Below are positions 16,877-27,172 of a DNA stretch of 64,000 nucleotides, in pieces. Under the pieces are notes generated by a model, which saw only the letters and a program-made list of their open reading frames with translations, had not been told where the DNA came from and did not search any database. A program made the translations under genes and the position numbers. Position 1 is the first letter of the stretch; each line of letters begins with the position of its first letter. Source of the stretch: Pseudomonadales bacterium (GTDB lineage: Bacteria > Pseudomonadota > Gammaproteobacteria > Pseudomonadales > IMCC2047); assembly GCA_965230515.1 (NCBI GenBank), contig OZ246007.1, positions 1,991,337 to 2,055,336 of the forward strand, read 5' to 3'.

Positions 16877-18031
16877 TCAAATCTCGTTTAACAACTCTCG
16901 AGCAATGATAATTCGTTGTATTTCGCTGGTGCCTTCATAAATGGTGGTGATCCGGGCATCCCGTGCGTAGCGCTCCAGCGGATATTCCCGGGTATAACCC
17001 ACCCCGCCCATGAGTTGTAAAGCCGTATAACAGGCACGATTGGCCGCTTCGGTCGCATACACCTTTGCCATCGCCGCCTGCTTCATAAAGGGTTTTCCGT
17101 CCTGTTTTTGAAAGGCGGCGTTGATCAACAAAAGCCGCGCAGCTTCCAGTTCGGTGTAGCTATCCGCCAACATCCACTGGACACCCTGAAATTCGCTGAT
17201 GGTTTTACCAAACTGCTTTCGTTCTGCAATGTAGCCGCGGGCATAGTCCATCGCCGCTGAAGCCACTCCGAGCGCCAGGGAGCCAATGCCAATGCGCCCC
17301 CCGGCCAATTCGCTGATCGCTATTCTGTAGCCGTCATTCGGTTCTCCGAGCAACGCGCTCCGGTGAATGCGACAATCTTCAAAAATAACACTGTTGGTGG
17401 AGGAGCCGTGTTGCCCCATCTTTTGCTCGGCTTTACCGATAGTAATGCCCGGTGTATCGGCCTCGACCAGAAAACAGGAGATCCCCTTACCTTTCGGCTG
17501 CGCAGGGTCCGTTACGGCCCACACCACAAACACACCGGCATATTCAGCACTGGTAATCCACATTTTTGTACCATTGAGCAGCCACCCATCTCCCTCGCTA
17601 ACTGCTTGGGTTTTCATGCCTGCCGGATCGGAACCGGCACCCGATTCCGAGAGACAGAACGCGGCAGCAGAATACTCCCCACTACAGATCTTTGGCAGGC
17701 AGGTCTGTTTTTGCTGCTCGCTGCCAATGGCCTGTATCACTTCGGCCACCATATTGCTCACCGACATGGTTACGGCGGTCGACGCACAGGCTCTGGCAAT
17801 CTCGGTAATGGCCAGGCTGAAAGGAATGACGCCCGCTTCTGCGCCCCCGTATTTCGCCTCAATATTGAGGCCCATAAAGCCCAGTTCGGCCAGCTTTTTC
17901 AGATTCGACAGAAAGATGGGCCGGTCAGCGTCCTGATCAATACGTTCGGCCACAGGTGCCAGTTCCGTTTCCGCAAAACGGCGCGCCATCTCCTGAATCA
18001 GGCTTTGTTCCTCCGTCAGGTTCAGGTTCAT
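16877..18031 (-). CDS. Short/branched-chain acyl-CoA dehydrogenase
   Basis: 384 aa with an ACAD fold and the catalytic-base context IYEGTSEIQ (SCAD/MCAD-type position). Confidence 0.85.
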   Translation of the reverse strand: MNLNLTEEQSLIQEMARRFAETELAPVAERIDQDADRPIFLSNLKKLAELGFMGLNIEAKYGGAEAGVIPFSLAITEIARACASTAVTMSVSNMVAEVIQAIGSEQQKQTCLPKICSGEYSAAAFCLSESGAGSDPAGMKTQAVSEGDGWLLNGTKMWITSAEYAGVFVVWAVTDPAQPKGKGISCFLVEADTPGITIGKAEQKMGQHGSSTNSVIFEDCRIHRSALLGEPNDGYRIAISELAGGRIGIGSLALGVASAAMDYARGYIAERKQFGKTISEFQGVQWMLADSYTELEAARLLLINAAFQKQDGKPFMKQAAMAKVYATEAANRACYTALQLMGGVGYTREYPLERYARDARITTIYEGTSEIQRIIIARELLNEI

Positions 18032-19212
18032 GACAGCATCTCAATCGCAACCGCCGTTGCTTCTCCGCCACCGATGCAAAGGCTGGCCACACCTTTTTGT
18101 TTTTGCAGACGTTTCAACGCATACATCAGGGTCACCAGAATTCGCGCACCGGAGGCCCCGACCGGATGCCCCAGCGCACAGGCGCCACCGTGGATGTTAA
18201 CCCTGGCATGGTCCAGATCAAACGCCTGAATAGCCAGCAGCGCCACCATGGCAAACGCTTCGTTAATCTCATAGAGGTCCACCGACTTCGCGTCCCAACC
18301 CGCTTTATCCAGCACTTTGGTAATCGCCCCGCAGGGTGCCAGCGAAAATTCACTGGGCGCCTGTGCATGGGATGCATGGGCTACAATCCGGGCAAGCGGG
18401 CTGAGGCCAAGCGTGGCCGCATGGGATTCGGTCATCAGGGTTAACGCGGCAGCCCCATCAGATATAGCACTCGAGTTTGCGGCGGTGACGGTACCCTCTT
18501 TGGCAAAGGCCGGTTTGAGTTTGGGAATTTTGTCGATATCGGCAACCCCGGGCAGCTCATCATCGCTGACCACTGTCTCACCCTGCCGGTTTTTAACTGT
18601 GACCGGCGCTATCTCATCCGCAAAGTAACCGTCGGCGACCGCCCGTTGCGCCCGCTGTAACGACGCCACCGCATAATCATCCATCTGCTTTCGTGTTAGT
18701 CCCTTTTGATCCGCCACTTCCTGAGCGAAACTGCCCATAAGCCGTCCGGTATAGGCGTCTTCCAGACCATCATAGAACATGTGATCCTTCAGTTCGCCGT
18801 GACCCAGCCGCAGACCTGCACGGACCTTCGGCACCACATAGGGCGCCAGCGTCATGTTTTCCATGCCACCGGCAACCGCAATATCGCAGCTACCTGCCTT
18901 GATCTGATCATGAGCCAGCATTACCGCTTTCATACCGGAACCGCACATCTTGTTGACCGTGGTACATTGTGTTGCGATGTCGAGATCTGCCCCCAGCGCC
19001 ACCTGCCGCGCCGGTGCCTGCGCCAGTCCTGCCGGCAACACGCACCCGAAGACCAGCTCCTCGACCTGCTTTGCATTCAGGCCCGCACGCTTTACCGCTT
19101 CACGTGTTGCTATGGCACCCAGCTGTGGAGCGGTGACGTTGGCGAACACACCCTGAAAATTACCGATCGGGGTACGTGCCCCGCTAACTATCACTATCGA
19201 ATCATCTGACAT
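18028..19212 (-). CDS. Acetyl-CoA C-acyltransferase (thiolase II-like)
   Basis: 394 aa with [12 protein letters not shown] (active-site Cys), [17 protein letters not shown] and CIGGGEATA. Its stop overlaps the ACAD start. Confidence 0.9.
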   Translation of the reverse strand: MSDDSIVIVSGARTPIGNFQGVFANVTAPQLGAIATREAVKRAGLNAKQVEELVFGCVLPAGLAQAPARQVALGADLDIATQCTTVNKMCGSGMKAVMLAHDQIKAGSCDIAVAGGMENMTLAPYVVPKVRAGLRLGHGELKDHMFYDGLEDAYTGRLMGSFAQEVADQKGLTRKQMDDYAVASLQRAQRAVADGYFADEIAPVTVKNRQGETVVSDDELPGVADIDKIPKLKPAFAKEGTVTAANSSAISDGAAALTLMTESHAATLGLSPLARIVAHASHAQAPSEFSLAPCGAITKVLDKAGWDAKSVDLYEINEAFAMVALLAIQAFDLDHARVNIHGGACALGHPVGASGARILVTLMYALKRLQKQKGVASLCIGGGEATAVAIEMLS

Positions 19213-19233
19213 AATTTGATTACCTTTAATACG

Positions 19234-20427
19234 TTACATCCCGGCAGAACTGGCTACCGCTTTGATATTCAGTAAATGGTTTATTTCCTGCTCTCCGTAG
19301 CCCAGCTCTTTTAGCGTTTCCAGACTCTGATCACCCGTTTCTGGCGCGGGATTCGAAGGCCGCTGCTTCGAGGCTGAAAACTGAATCGGGCAAGCCGTCT
19401 GCATTACCGGGCGCCCCGTTTCCATCTCATAGGGAATCAGCATATGGCGCGCCTGGATTTGCGGGTGTTGCATCGCTTCCAGCGTTGTCAAAACCGGCTC
19501 GACGCAACAGTCCTGATCCGCAAAAACGGTCAACCATTCAGCACTATCGCGTGTTGCAATATGCCTGGCCAAAACGGTTTTTAATCGCTGCTGGGATTCA
19601 CGTTCGTGGAGGTCTGAAAGACCCAGCAAGTCCGGTTCTTCAAGCAGCCTGGCCAATCTTTCAACAAACACGGGTTCCAATCCGGCGATCGACAAGTACT
19701 TATCGTCCCGTGTCCGATAGTAACCGTAAAAACTCCCGCCATCAGACCAGTCCTGTCCTGGCTTTGTCTCCCTGCCGGTCGCCAACGGGCCTGCTCCGGC
19801 CAACAGATTCAATCCAAAAAGCGTATCCGTCATACTGATATCAACATGCTGCCCGATACCGGATTCGCGCCGTTGCACCTCTGCCGCGAGAATACCTAAA
19901 GCGGCATGCAGCCCTCCGCTCAGGTCACCCCATTGCATCGCTGATAAACCCGGCGCGCCCTCCTGATCACATTGCGCGGCAACCCCGGAAATCGCCATAT
20001 AGTTGAGATCATGGCCTCCCCGCTCGCGATAGGGGCCGTTTTGGCCATAACCCGTAATTGAGCAGTAGATTAATCGCGGATTGAGCTTTTTAAGGTCGGC
20101 ATAACCCAGTCCCAAGCGGTCCATAACGCCGGGGCGGAACTGCTCGACAAGGATGTCATATTCCTGGACCAGCCGATTGACGATCGCAACCGCTTCTGGC
20201 TGTTTCAAATCGAGCGCTATCGACCTTTTGTTTCGGTTCAGCCGATGGTGGGCGGCCGAACTTTGATCGAGAAGCGGTGGCAGACTTTTTACCAGATCAT
20301 GCCGTGTCGGCGCTTCAACGCGCAACACTGTCGCACCCATATCCGCCAGCAACCCGGTCGCACAGGGTCCCGGGAGCAGGGTCGAAAAATCGAGCACCTT
20401 TAAACTATCCAGTGGCCTGATGTTCAT
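19234..20427 (-). CDS. Family III CoA-transferase (CaiB/BaiF) or alpha-methylacyl-CoA racemase-like
   Basis: 397 aa with the N-terminal LKVLDFSTLLPGPCATGLLADMGATVLRVE typical of the family. Confidence 0.8.
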   Translation of the reverse strand: MNIRPLDSLKVLDFSTLLPGPCATGLLADMGATVLRVEAPTRHDLVKSLPPLLDQSSAAHHRLNRNKRSIALDLKQPEAVAIVNRLVQEYDILVEQFRPGVMDRLGLGYADLKKLNPRLIYCSITGYGQNGPYRERGGHDLNYMAISGVAAQCDQEGAPGLSAMQWGDLSGGLHAALGILAAEVQRRESGIGQHVDISMTDTLFGLNLLAGAGPLATGRETKPGQDWSDGGSFYGYYRTRDDKYLSIAGLEPVFVERLARLLEEPDLLGLSDLHERESQQRLKTVLARHIATRDSAEWLTVFADQDCCVEPVLTTLEAMQHPQIQARHMLIPYEMETGRPVMQTACPIQFSASKQRPSNPAPETGDQSLETLKELGYGEQEINHLLNIKAVASSAGM

Positions 20428-20458
20428 ACACTGATTATCCCGTGTTATTTGGGGTAGT

Positions 20459-20518
20459 AATTTGGGGTCAGAGTAAAAACTCTAAAACTTGTTGGAGTTT
20501 TTACTCTGACCCCAAATT
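20459..20518. repeat. Perfect 24-bp-stem hairpin (REP-like) between icmF and the CoA-transferase gene
   Basis: AATTTGGGGTCAGAGTAAAAACTC (20459-20482), 12-nt loop, GAGTTTTTACTCTGACCCCAAATT (20495-20518). The arms are exact reverse complements. Confidence 0.9.
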
Positions 20519-20524
20519 TAAAAT

Positions 20525-23500
20525 TTACATATTACGCCGATACTGCCCACCCACTTCAAACAGCATATCGGTTATCTGTCCGAGCGAACAATAGCGTACT
20601 GCCTCCACCAGCGCAGCAAAACCGTTTCCGCCATCCATTAGCACCTGCTTTAAATCACTCAATGCTTGCTGCGACTGCTCACTGTTACGCGTATGAAAAT
20701 CTTCCAGTCGCGTCAGCTGGCTTTGCTTCTCGTCCTCTGTGGAACGCGCCAGCTCGATGGTCTGGCTTTCATGCTGTGGCTTGCCAAGGAATGTGTTCAC
20801 CCCGACAATGGGCAAACTGCCGTCATGCTTTTTATGCTCATAAAGGAGCGACTCTTCCTGAATGCGACCTCGCTGATAGCCGGTTTCCATCGCACCCAAC
20901 ACCCCGCCACGTTCGGAGATTCGCTCAAACTCCCTGAGCACCGCCTCTTCAACCAGATCAGTCAGCTCGTCAATAATAAAGGCACCCTGATTGGGATTCT
21001 CATTGTTGGCCAGCCCCCACTCCTTGTTGATAATCAGCTGTATCGCCATCGCACGGCGCACGGACTCTTCGGTTGGCGTGGTAATGGCTTCATCATAGGC
21101 GTTGGTATGCAGGCTGTTGCAGTTATCGTAAATCGCAATCAGCGCCTGCAGCGTGGTACGGATATCGTTGAAATCCATCTCCTGCGCGTGCAGCGAACGA
21201 CCGGAGGTCTGAATATGGTACTTCAGGCGCTGGCTGCGACTGTTGGCACCGTACCTGAATCGCATTGCCACCGCCCAGATACGCCGTGCAACCCGCCCCA
21301 TCACCGTGTATTCCGGGTCCATGCCGTTTGAGAAAAAGAAGGAGAGATTACCAGCGAAATCATCGATGCACATACCCCGTGCGAGATAGGTTTCCACGTA
21401 GGTAAATCCGTTAGCCAGGGTCAGCGCCAGTTGGGTAATCGGGTTCGCGCCGGCTTCGGCGATATGGTAGCCCGATATTGAGACAGAGTAGAAGTTGTTG
21501 ACCTGGTGATCCGTAAAGTACTGCTGAATATCACCCATCATGCGCAGACTGAATTCCGTGGAAAAGATACAGGTGTTCTGACCCTGGTCCTCTTTCAAAA
21601 TATCGGCCTGCACCGTGCCTCTGACATTCTTCAGCGTCCAGGCCTTGATGTCTGCCACTTCCGCCTTATCCGGCTCCCGCCCCTGCTTCTGTTTAAACTG
21701 CTCGATCTGCTGATCGAGTGCGGTATTAATAAACATCGCCAGAATGGTCGGTGCCGGGCCATTAATGGTCATCGACACCGAGGTTTTGGGATCACACAGA
21801 TCAAACCCCTGATACAGCACCTTCATATCATCGAGCGTTGCAATCGAGACACCGGCGTTACCGACCTTGCCGTAAATATCCGGCCTTTCGGCGGGGTCAC
21901 ATCCGTACAGCGTCACCGAATCAAACGCCGTCGACAGCCTTTTTGCCTCGGAATGCTCGGACAGTTTTTTAAAGCGCCGGTTGGTGCGGAACGCATCGCC
22001 CTCACCTGCAAACATACGCGCCGGATCCTCCCCTTCACGCTTGAAGGGAAACACGCCCGCGGTATAGGGGAAATGGCCCGGCAGGTTCTCCTTGAGCAGC
22101 CATTTAAGCAGCTCACCATGGTCCTCATATTCCGGAACGGCGACTCGGGAAATTTTATTCCCGGAAAGCGTGGTGCGGGTCAGTTCAAAACAACGCTCTC
22201 GACCACCGCTTTGTTCGACATACTGTTCGCCTCTATAGGCCGCTTTGGTCGCGGGCCAGTTTTCAATCAGCTTCCTTGCCCTGTAGTCCATCTCCTCTTC
22301 ACGCCTGGCGATCAATGTTTCCAGATCATCCCGGCGGGCGCCGGACTCACCCAGCATGCGCCGGGCTTCAAGCAGTTGCTGTCGTTCCCGGGCGAGTTTC
22401 ACCTGGGTTGCGACCGTGCCATGATAGTCCCGCACCGCTTCAGCGATCTCCGCCAGATAACGTTGTCGATGCACCGGAACAATCGCCGATTTTTCACTGG
22501 AGGTTTTTACATCCGTGGTCGGCAGCAGGCTTTCAAATTCGCGCAGGCCATGCTCTCTCAATACGGCCAGCAAGCCCTGGTAAGCGGCGGTCACGCCATC
22601 ATCATTAAAATGGGAGGCGATGGTCCCGAAAACCGGCATCTCTTCAGGTGGCTGAGCGAACGCTTCCCGATTACGCTGCACCTGTTTCGCCACATCGCGG
22701 TAGGCATCTTCACTGCCCTTGCGGTCAAACTTGTTGATCACCACCAGATCCGCAAAATCGAGCATATCGATCTTTTCCAGCTGACTCTGCGCACCAAACT
22801 CCGGGGTCATCACGTACATGGAGGCGTCCACGTAAGGAACAATTCCCGCATCCCCTTGCCCGATACCGGGCGTTTCCACCACCACCAGATCAAAGCCCGC
22901 CAGTCGGGTTGCGTCCACCATCTGCCGTAATGATCCTGGCACTTCGCCACTGGCCGACCGAGTACCGATCGAGCGCATAAACAGATTGGGGTGGTAAATT
23001 GAATTCATACGGATGCGATCACCCAGCAACGCGCCTCCGGTTTTGCGGCGTGTCGGATCGATGGCCAGGATCGCTATTTTAATCTGATCACCGCTGTCCA
23101 GTCGGAAACGGCGAATCAGCTCATCGGTCAGTGAGGATTTCCCGGCACCGCCGGTTCCGGTCACGCCCAGCACCGGGACTTCGCATTGTGCTGCCCGCTC
23201 AGTCAATAACTGAATACTCTGTCCACTCAGCTGGTTTCTCTCGATAGCGGTGAGCAGGCGCGCCAGATAGCCGGTATTCCCCGCCTCTAACTGATCCGGC
23301 GAGAAACTCTCGATCGCCCCGCCTTTGGGGCTGCACTGCTCCATCACATCATTGATCATACCCTGCAAACCAAGCTGCTGGCCATCGTGCGGGGAGTAGA
23401 TACGCGTGACCCCATAGGCCTCCAGATCCTGGATCTCATCCGGTACGATCACACCGCCACCGCCCCCAAATACCTTGATGTGTGCTGCATCGGCTTCACG

Positions 23501-23782
23501 CAACAGATCAATCATGTATTTGAAATACTCAACATGGCCACCCTGGTACGAGCTGATGGCAATGCCCTGAACATCTTCCTGCAACGCCGAGGCAACCACT
23601 TCCGCTACCGAACGATTGTGGCCAAGATGGATCACTTCAGCACCCGACGACTGCAAAATCCGGCGCATGATATTGATGGACGCATCATGGCCGTCAAACA
23701 GGCTCGCCGCCGTCACAAATCGCAGCGGTACCGTCGAGTCGCCTGCACTTTCAGTAACCGGCCTGGTTTTGTCTTTGCCCAT
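20525..23782 (-). CDS. icmF: Fused isobutyryl-CoA mutase (B12 domain + MeaB-like GTPase + mutase barrel)
   Basis: 1085 aa. N-terminal B12-binding DxHxxG context ([15 protein letters not shown]), central P-loop [13 protein letters not shown]-terminal methylmalonyl-CoA-mutase-like barrel. Confidence 0.9.
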   Translation of the reverse strand: MGKDKTRPVTESAGDSTVPLRFVTAASLFDGHDASINIMRRILQSSGAEVIHLGHNRSVAEVVASALQEDVQGIAISSYQGGHVEYFKYMIDLLREADAAHIKVFGGGGGVIVPDEIQDLEAYGVTRIYSPHDGQQLGLQGMINDVMEQCSPKGGAIESFSPDQLEAGNTGYLARLLTAIERNQLSGQSIQLLTERAAQCEVPVLGVTGTGGAGKSSLTDELIRRFRLDSGDQIKIAILAIDPTRRKTGGALLGDRIRMNSIYHPNLFMRSIGTRSASGEVPGSLRQMVDATRLAGFDLVVVETPGIGQGDAGIVPYVDASMYVMTPEFGAQSQLEKIDMLDFADLVVINKFDRKGSEDAYRDVAKQVQRNREAFAQPPEEMPVFGTIASHFNDDGVTAAYQGLLAVLREHGLREFESLLPTTDVKTSSEKSAIVPVHRQRYLAEIAEAVRDYHGTVATQVKLARERQQLLEARRMLGESGARRDDLETLIARREEEMDYRARKLIENWPATKAAYRGEQYVEQSGGRERCFELTRTTLSGNKISRVAVPEYEDHGELLKWLLKENLPGHFPYTAGVFPFKREGEDPARMFAGEGDAFRTNRRFKKLSEHSEAKRLSTAFDSVTLYGCDPAERPDIYGKVGNAGVSIATLDDMKVLYQGFDLCDPKTSVSMTINGPAPTILAMFINTALDQQIEQFKQKQGREPDKAEVADIKAWTLKNVRGTVQADILKEDQGQNTCIFSTEFSLRMMGDIQQYFTDHQVNNFYSVSISGYHIAEAGANPITQLALTLANGFTYVETYLARGMCIDDFAGNLSFFFSNGMDPEYTVMGRVARRIWAVAMRFRYGANSRSQRLKYHIQTSGRSLHAQEMDFNDIRTTLQALIAIYDNCNSLHTNAYDEAITTPTEESVRRAMAIQLIINKEWGLANNENPNQGAFIIDELTDLVEEAVLREFERISERGGVLGAMETGYQRGRIQEESLLYEHKKHDGSLPIVGVNTFLGKPQHESQTIELARSTEDEKQSQLTRLEDFHTRNSEQSQQALSDLKQVLMDGGNGFAALVEAVRYCSLGQITDMLFEVGGQYRRNM

Positions 23783-23889
23783 GATTCAGCCCTTCCTCAT
23801 ATTGGCGCATACGGAATTTTAGTCTAAAAACGATGGTGGCTTTTGTATTTTAACGCTCTCTACACACTAAAAACCACAATAAAAACAGA

Positions 23890-23920
23890 TATTGACATAT
23901 TGTCCGACAATAAGTCAATA
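23890..23920. promoter_or_regulatory. 31-bp near-perfect palindrome with a GntR/FadR-type core (TTGTCCGACAA)
   Basis: TATTGAC-A-TATTGTC-C-GACAATA-A-GTCAATA, with arms symmetric except for the spacer bases. Located in the divergent icmF / gntR-like intergenic region. Confidence 0.65.
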
Positions 23921-23987
23921 CGATAATGTTCCAATTCTTTTCGGTATCGATTATGATATTCGCCACTGCCTCTACCAGGGAATAGAT

Positions 23988-24737
23988 ATGTCCGGCAAAC
24001 CGGCTAACGCAAAATTTCAGAAACTGCACCGTGCACCCGCTTACCAGGCCGTCAGCCAGCAGATTCGCGACGCCATCGTCAATGGCGAGCTCAAAACCGG
24101 CGAACTGCTGCCCACGGAAACGGATCTTGCCAAACAGTTTGGCGTTACCCGAACCACCGTTCGCGAAGCGATCCGGTTACTGGAGTACGGGGGACTTATT
24201 GGCCGGGCCGATCGCAAGCGCCTGGTGGTCTGTTTGCCCAGCAAGGAATCGGCCAGCAAATCATTGAGCACCGCGATGCTGATGCATGAGGTGACCTTTC
24301 GCGAACTCTGGGAGATTGCCATGGGTCTTGAACCACTTGCCGCCGGTCTGGCGTGTAAATCTCTCTCCGCGGACCTAAAAGACAAACTGGCGGACAACCT
24401 GCAGCGCACACTGGAGGCAAAATCCGACACCCATGAATTACTGGAAGTTGAAATTGAATTCCATAACCTCATCGCCGAAGCCACCAATAACAGCGCACTG
24501 CTCATGGCCCGCGAACCGCTGAATCAGCTTTTTTATCCCGCGTTCAAAGCCGTTATCGACCGCCTGCATCCGGGAGGGCGAATTATCGATTGCCACACCC
24601 GTCTGTTTGACGCCCTCTGCACCGGAGACAAAGCGATTGCAGAGGAGTGGATGCGCAAGCATATGGTTGACTTTGAGCGCGGCATCAAGATGGCTGGCCT
24701 GGATTTTGACGGCCCGATTGACCGAAACGGCTTATAA
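23988..24737 (+). CDS. GntR family (FadR/FCD subfamily) transcriptional regulator
   Basis: Winged HTH (LPTETDLAKQFGVTRTTVREAIRLLEYGGLI) followed by an all-helical FCD-like domain. The ATG at 23988 is preferred, because the TTG at 23892 lies inside the operator palindrome. Confidence 0.85.
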   Translation: MSGKPANAKFQKLHRAPAYQAVSQQIRDAIVNGELKTGELLPTETDLAKQFGVTRTTVREAIRLLEYGGLIGRADRKRLVVCLPSKESASKSLSTAMLMHEVTFRELWEIAMGLEPLAAGLACKSLSADLKDKLADNLQRTLEAKSDTHELLEVEIEFHNLIAEATNNSALLMAREPLNQLFYPAFKAVIDRLHPGGRIIDCHTRLFDALCTGDKAIAEEWMRKHMVDFERGIKMAGLDFDGPIDRNGL

Positions 24738-25007
24738 TTGACTGAATTTAGGGCACTTCAGACCATCATCCATTCCTATCGAAATTCGCCAGGCTGGCTG
24801 AAACGAGAGTTACTGCCAGCAGACTAATCCTTACTATTATATGCACTTGGTGGATATCAATTTCGGTATACGGATATCATTCATCATGACACCTAATAGA
24901 ATAGCTAAGGAACCTCTGAATTATTCGGATGGCTCCCTACTATACAATATTTATGTAAAAATCAGTTTATCGAAACAACAGAGGCGCTTGCCGCACGCTA
25001 AACATTT

Positions 25008-25562
25008 ATGGCTATCAACAGAAGACATTTTATAAAAACTGGCGCAATGATTGCGGTCGGCTCGACCGCGCTTGGCAGCGTGATGACAGCTGCGGATGCC
25101 TATGCGCAAAGAGCGCCACTCAAAGTATTGAGCTCAACAGAAAAATCAACCCTTGCCGCCCTTGGGGAAACCCTGGTGACCGGTGCAGAAAAAGCAGGCA
25201 TTGTGCACTTTATCGACTATCAGTTGAGTGTCGCCCCGAACGACTGCCTGTTGACCGCGAAATATTTTCAAGTGCAGCCCCCTTATCTCGATTTTTATCG
25301 GACCGGGCTGAAAGCGCTTGATAATCTGTGTCACAAACTTCACAACAAACCCTATGATCGCCTTCCCAAGTCTCAGCAACAAACACTTGTAGAGCATATG
25401 TTTGAAGGTAAAGTGACAGGTTGGCAAGGACCGCCTGCCAGCCTGTTTTACCTGCTGGTACGCAGCGACGCAGTGGATGTGGTGTACGGCACGCCGGAAG
25501 GGTTTGATAAATTATCGGTACCATATATGGCCCACATTATGCCACCGGAGGCCTGGTCATGA
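25008..25562 (+). CDS. Tat-signal small subunit of a periplasmic flavoprotein dehydrogenase (gluconate 2-dehydrogenase subunit-3-like)
   Basis: Twin-arginine signal MAINRRHFIKTGAMIAVGSTALGS. 184 aa. The stop overlaps the start of the GMC flavoprotein gene. Confidence 0.75.
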   Translation: MAINRRHFIKTGAMIAVGSTALGSVMTAADAYAQRAPLKVLSSTEKSTLAALGETLVTGAEKAGIVHFIDYQLSVAPNDCLLTAKYFQVQPPYLDFYRTGLKALDNLCHKLHNKPYDRLPKSQQQTLVEHMFEGKVTGWQGPPASLFYLLVRSDAVDVVYGTPEGFDKLSVPYMAHIMPPEAWS

Positions 25563-27115
25563 TTAACCATGAAAAAACCGATGTCGTAATTGTCGGCTCA
25601 GGTGCGGCCGGCAGTGTGTATGCTGCGGTTCTGGCGGAAGCAGAACTTGATGTGTTAGTGCTGGAGAAAGGTCCCGCTCGAGAGCTCGCCGACCTCTACA
25701 GCTCCCAAATCTGGGCACGTCGCCTCAAATGGGGTGCACCCCATGTGCCAGAAGAAGGTAATGACAGCATTTGGTACAATTTTAATGCCGGACATGGCTA
25801 CGGCGGCGCTGCAATCCATCACTATGGTGTGTGGCCACGTTATCACCCTGAGGACATGATAACCCACAGCCTCTACGGCAAGGCTCTTGACTGGCCTTAT
25901 GAATATAACAAACTGCGACCCTATTACGATAAAGTCCAAGAGGAAGTTGGGATTGCAGGCGATGCCAAACTAGAGATATGGCGCCCGGAAGGGGCCCCCT
26001 ACCCCTTACCGCCAGTTCTGGTATCCAACCACGGCAAGGTCATTGCCAAAGGGTTTAATCAGCTCGATATGCATACCTCTCCGGTGCCAATGGCGATCCT
26101 GACCCAGCCTTACAAGGGGCGGGACGCCTGTATCTGGGACGGATGGTGTGATGCGGGGTGCCCAACAGGTGCGCTGGCAAACCCTTTGGTGGTCTACCTG
26201 CCCCGCGCCAAGGCAGCCGGAGCACAAATGCGGCCAGACTGCCATGTATACCGGGTACGCACTGATGCGAGCGGGAAAAAAGCACTGGGCGTCGAGTATT
26301 TCGATAGCCAGGGTCAAGCCCATTTTCAACCAGCGAACAGGGTGGTACTGGCTGCGTTTACCATTGAGAACTCTCGAATTCTGCTAAACTCTTCAAGCGA
26401 CAAACACCCGGAAGGGCTGGGCAACTCCAGCGGTCTTTTAGGTAAATATCTGATGTCTCACCCGTCAGTTTCGATTTTCGGGATGTTCGATGAGGAGATG
26501 CAGAACTACCTCGGTGCCACCGGGGGGCAACTGCTGAATCAGGATCGATTTCCCAAGACTGACAACGGTGGTGCCTTTGGCAGCCGGCAGTGGGAAGTCG
26601 GGTTGGCGCTAAAACCCAACGACCTGTTAGGTATCGCCATGAGCCGGCCGGATCTTTATGGTGCAAAACTGGATAAGTTTATGCTTGAGGGAGCCCGGGG
26701 CCTGGGCTCCATGGTCGGGGTTTGTGAGGAGCAGCCAATATTAGAAAACCGTATTGAACTTTCTTCCGATAAAGATAAATTCGGTATTCCTTTGGCAAAG
26801 ACAGTGCACAGCGTCGGACCGGACGGACGCAAGTTATGGCAACTTGCCGCTCAGGAGGGGGTTGCTATCTTCAAAGCGGCCGGCGCTAAGGCAGCTTGGC
26901 ATAGCCCACCCGGCGGGCAGCATATTATGGGTGGCACGATAATGGGAAACGATCCGGCAACCTCAGTGACAAACGCTCATGCACAGCTGCATGATGTGCC
27001 AAATATCGTGATCGGCGGACCCGGTGTATTCCCTACCAGCTCCTGTGTGAACTCAACCTTTACTGCCCATGCAGTAGCGATGAAATCGGCGGAATATTTG
27101 GTGGCCAACGGGTAG
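25559..27115 (+). CDS. GMC-family FAD oxidoreductase (large subunit)
   Basis: 518 aa with the N-terminal DVVIVGSGAAGSVYAAVLAE...VLVLEKG Rossmann motif and a C-terminal GMC-type segment (HIMGGTIMG). It has no signal peptide of its own, so export by piggy-backing on the Tat subunit is likely. Confidence 0.85.
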   Translation: MINHEKTDVVIVGSGAAGSVYAAVLAEAELDVLVLEKGPARELADLYSSQIWARRLKWGAPHVPEEGNDSIWYNFNAGHGYGGAAIHHYGVWPRYHPEDMITHSLYGKALDWPYEYNKLRPYYDKVQEEVGIAGDAKLEIWRPEGAPYPLPPVLVSNHGKVIAKGFNQLDMHTSPVPMAILTQPYKGRDACIWDGWCDAGCPTGALANPLVVYLPRAKAAGAQMRPDCHVYRVRTDASGKKALGVEYFDSQGQAHFQPANRVVLAAFTIENSRILLNSSSDKHPEGLGNSSGLLGKYLMSHPSVSIFGMFDEEMQNYLGATGGQLLNQDRFPKTDNGGAFGSRQWEVGLALKPNDLLGIAMSRPDLYGAKLDKFMLEGARGLGSMVGVCEEQPILENRIELSSDKDKFGIPLAKTVHSVGPDGRKLWQLAAQEGVAIFKAAGAKAAWHSPPGGQHIMGGTIMGNDPATSVTNAHAQLHDVPNIVIGGPGVFPTSSCVNSTFTAHAVAMKSAEYLVANG

Positions 27116-27172
27116 GAAGGTATTTAAGATAGCAGCTTGCCGTGTGCGAATAGCCTCCCAGGAGCTAAACTG

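Noticed and set aside
20459-20518. Interpreting the 24-bp hairpin as a rho-independent terminator that splits the icmF operon
   Set aside because: No U-tract follows the stem on the transcribed strand, and the next gene starts 31 nt later with no obvious promoter. It is kept as a REP-like or RNA-stability element instead.
21506-22930. 474-aa ORF antisense to icmF. Similar antisense ORFs occur at 17363-18229, 35020-35928, 8029-8634 and 20666-21331.
   Set aside because: Each lies entirely inside a gene with strong family signatures on the other strand. The translated sequences are arginine/histidine-rich with no recognisable domains.
23892-23987. N-terminal 32-aa extension of the GntR regulator from the TTG at 23892
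   Set aside because: The TTG lies inside the operator palindrome, and the extension precedes the conserved winged-helix start. The ATG at 23988 gives a normal-length FadR-type protein.
24841-25035. 64-aa ORF upstream of the Tat small-subunit gene. The 69-aa ORF at 28191-28400 and the 60-aa ORF at 48656-48838 are similar.
   Set aside because: These are short ORFs in AT-rich or intergenic DNA with no RBS or recognisable features. They are most likely non-coding promoter or leader regions.
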